From assembly GCF_963921235.1 (NCBI RefSeq), contig NC_086109.1:11532001-11596000 (forward strand): a stretch of DNA of 64,000 bases. Direction: 5' to 3'. The stretch is from Mobula hypostoma. Its lineage: Eukaryota. Each line of letters begins with the position of its first letter. The first letter of the stretch is position 1. Below the pieces are notes generated by a model. It was not told where the DNA came from, searched no databases, and saw only the letters and a program-made list of their open reading frames with translations. The position numbers and the translations under genes were made by a program. Below, piece after piece: positions 63,831 through 64,000 of this stretch.

Positions 63831-64000
63831 GTATTACTTTTTCAAGGTGCCCTCAATGCTGGGGAGGGCCATGATGGAGATGGCTGAATTTGCAACTTCC
63901 TGCAGCTTTTTTCTGATCCTGTATAATGAACCCTCCATACAAGATGGTGATGCAAATAATCGCTTTGGTAACCTAACAAGTCTCCTCCAAGTCCTAATGA

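Overview
Vertebrate genomic DNA that is mostly transposable-element debris: CR1 and Rex1/Babar LINEs, RTE fragments, Penelope-like hairpins, Gypsy LTR elements, solo LTRs and tRNA-derived SINEs. This repeat mix suggests a cartilaginous fish (inference). On the minus strand is a spliced, phase-consistent gene for a CD300/pIgR-family (CMRF35-like) single-IgV receptor: leader 58075-57979, IgV 49451-49128, Ser/Thr stalk 43576-43450, TM 37065-36950, and provisional cytoplasmic exons 36866-36815 and 36125-35984 (858 nt, 285 aa). There is also a candidate alternative terminal exon for a soluble form (48474-48347). A leader exon at 1519-1480 probably belongs to a second gene running off the left edge. 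The most notable non-genic signals are a minimal hammerhead-ribozyme consensus in the Penelope-like repeats and a chimeric Gypsy element bridged by a full-length CR1. Exon and solo-LTR coordinates were read base by base; other repeat boundaries are approximate. No database searches were run.
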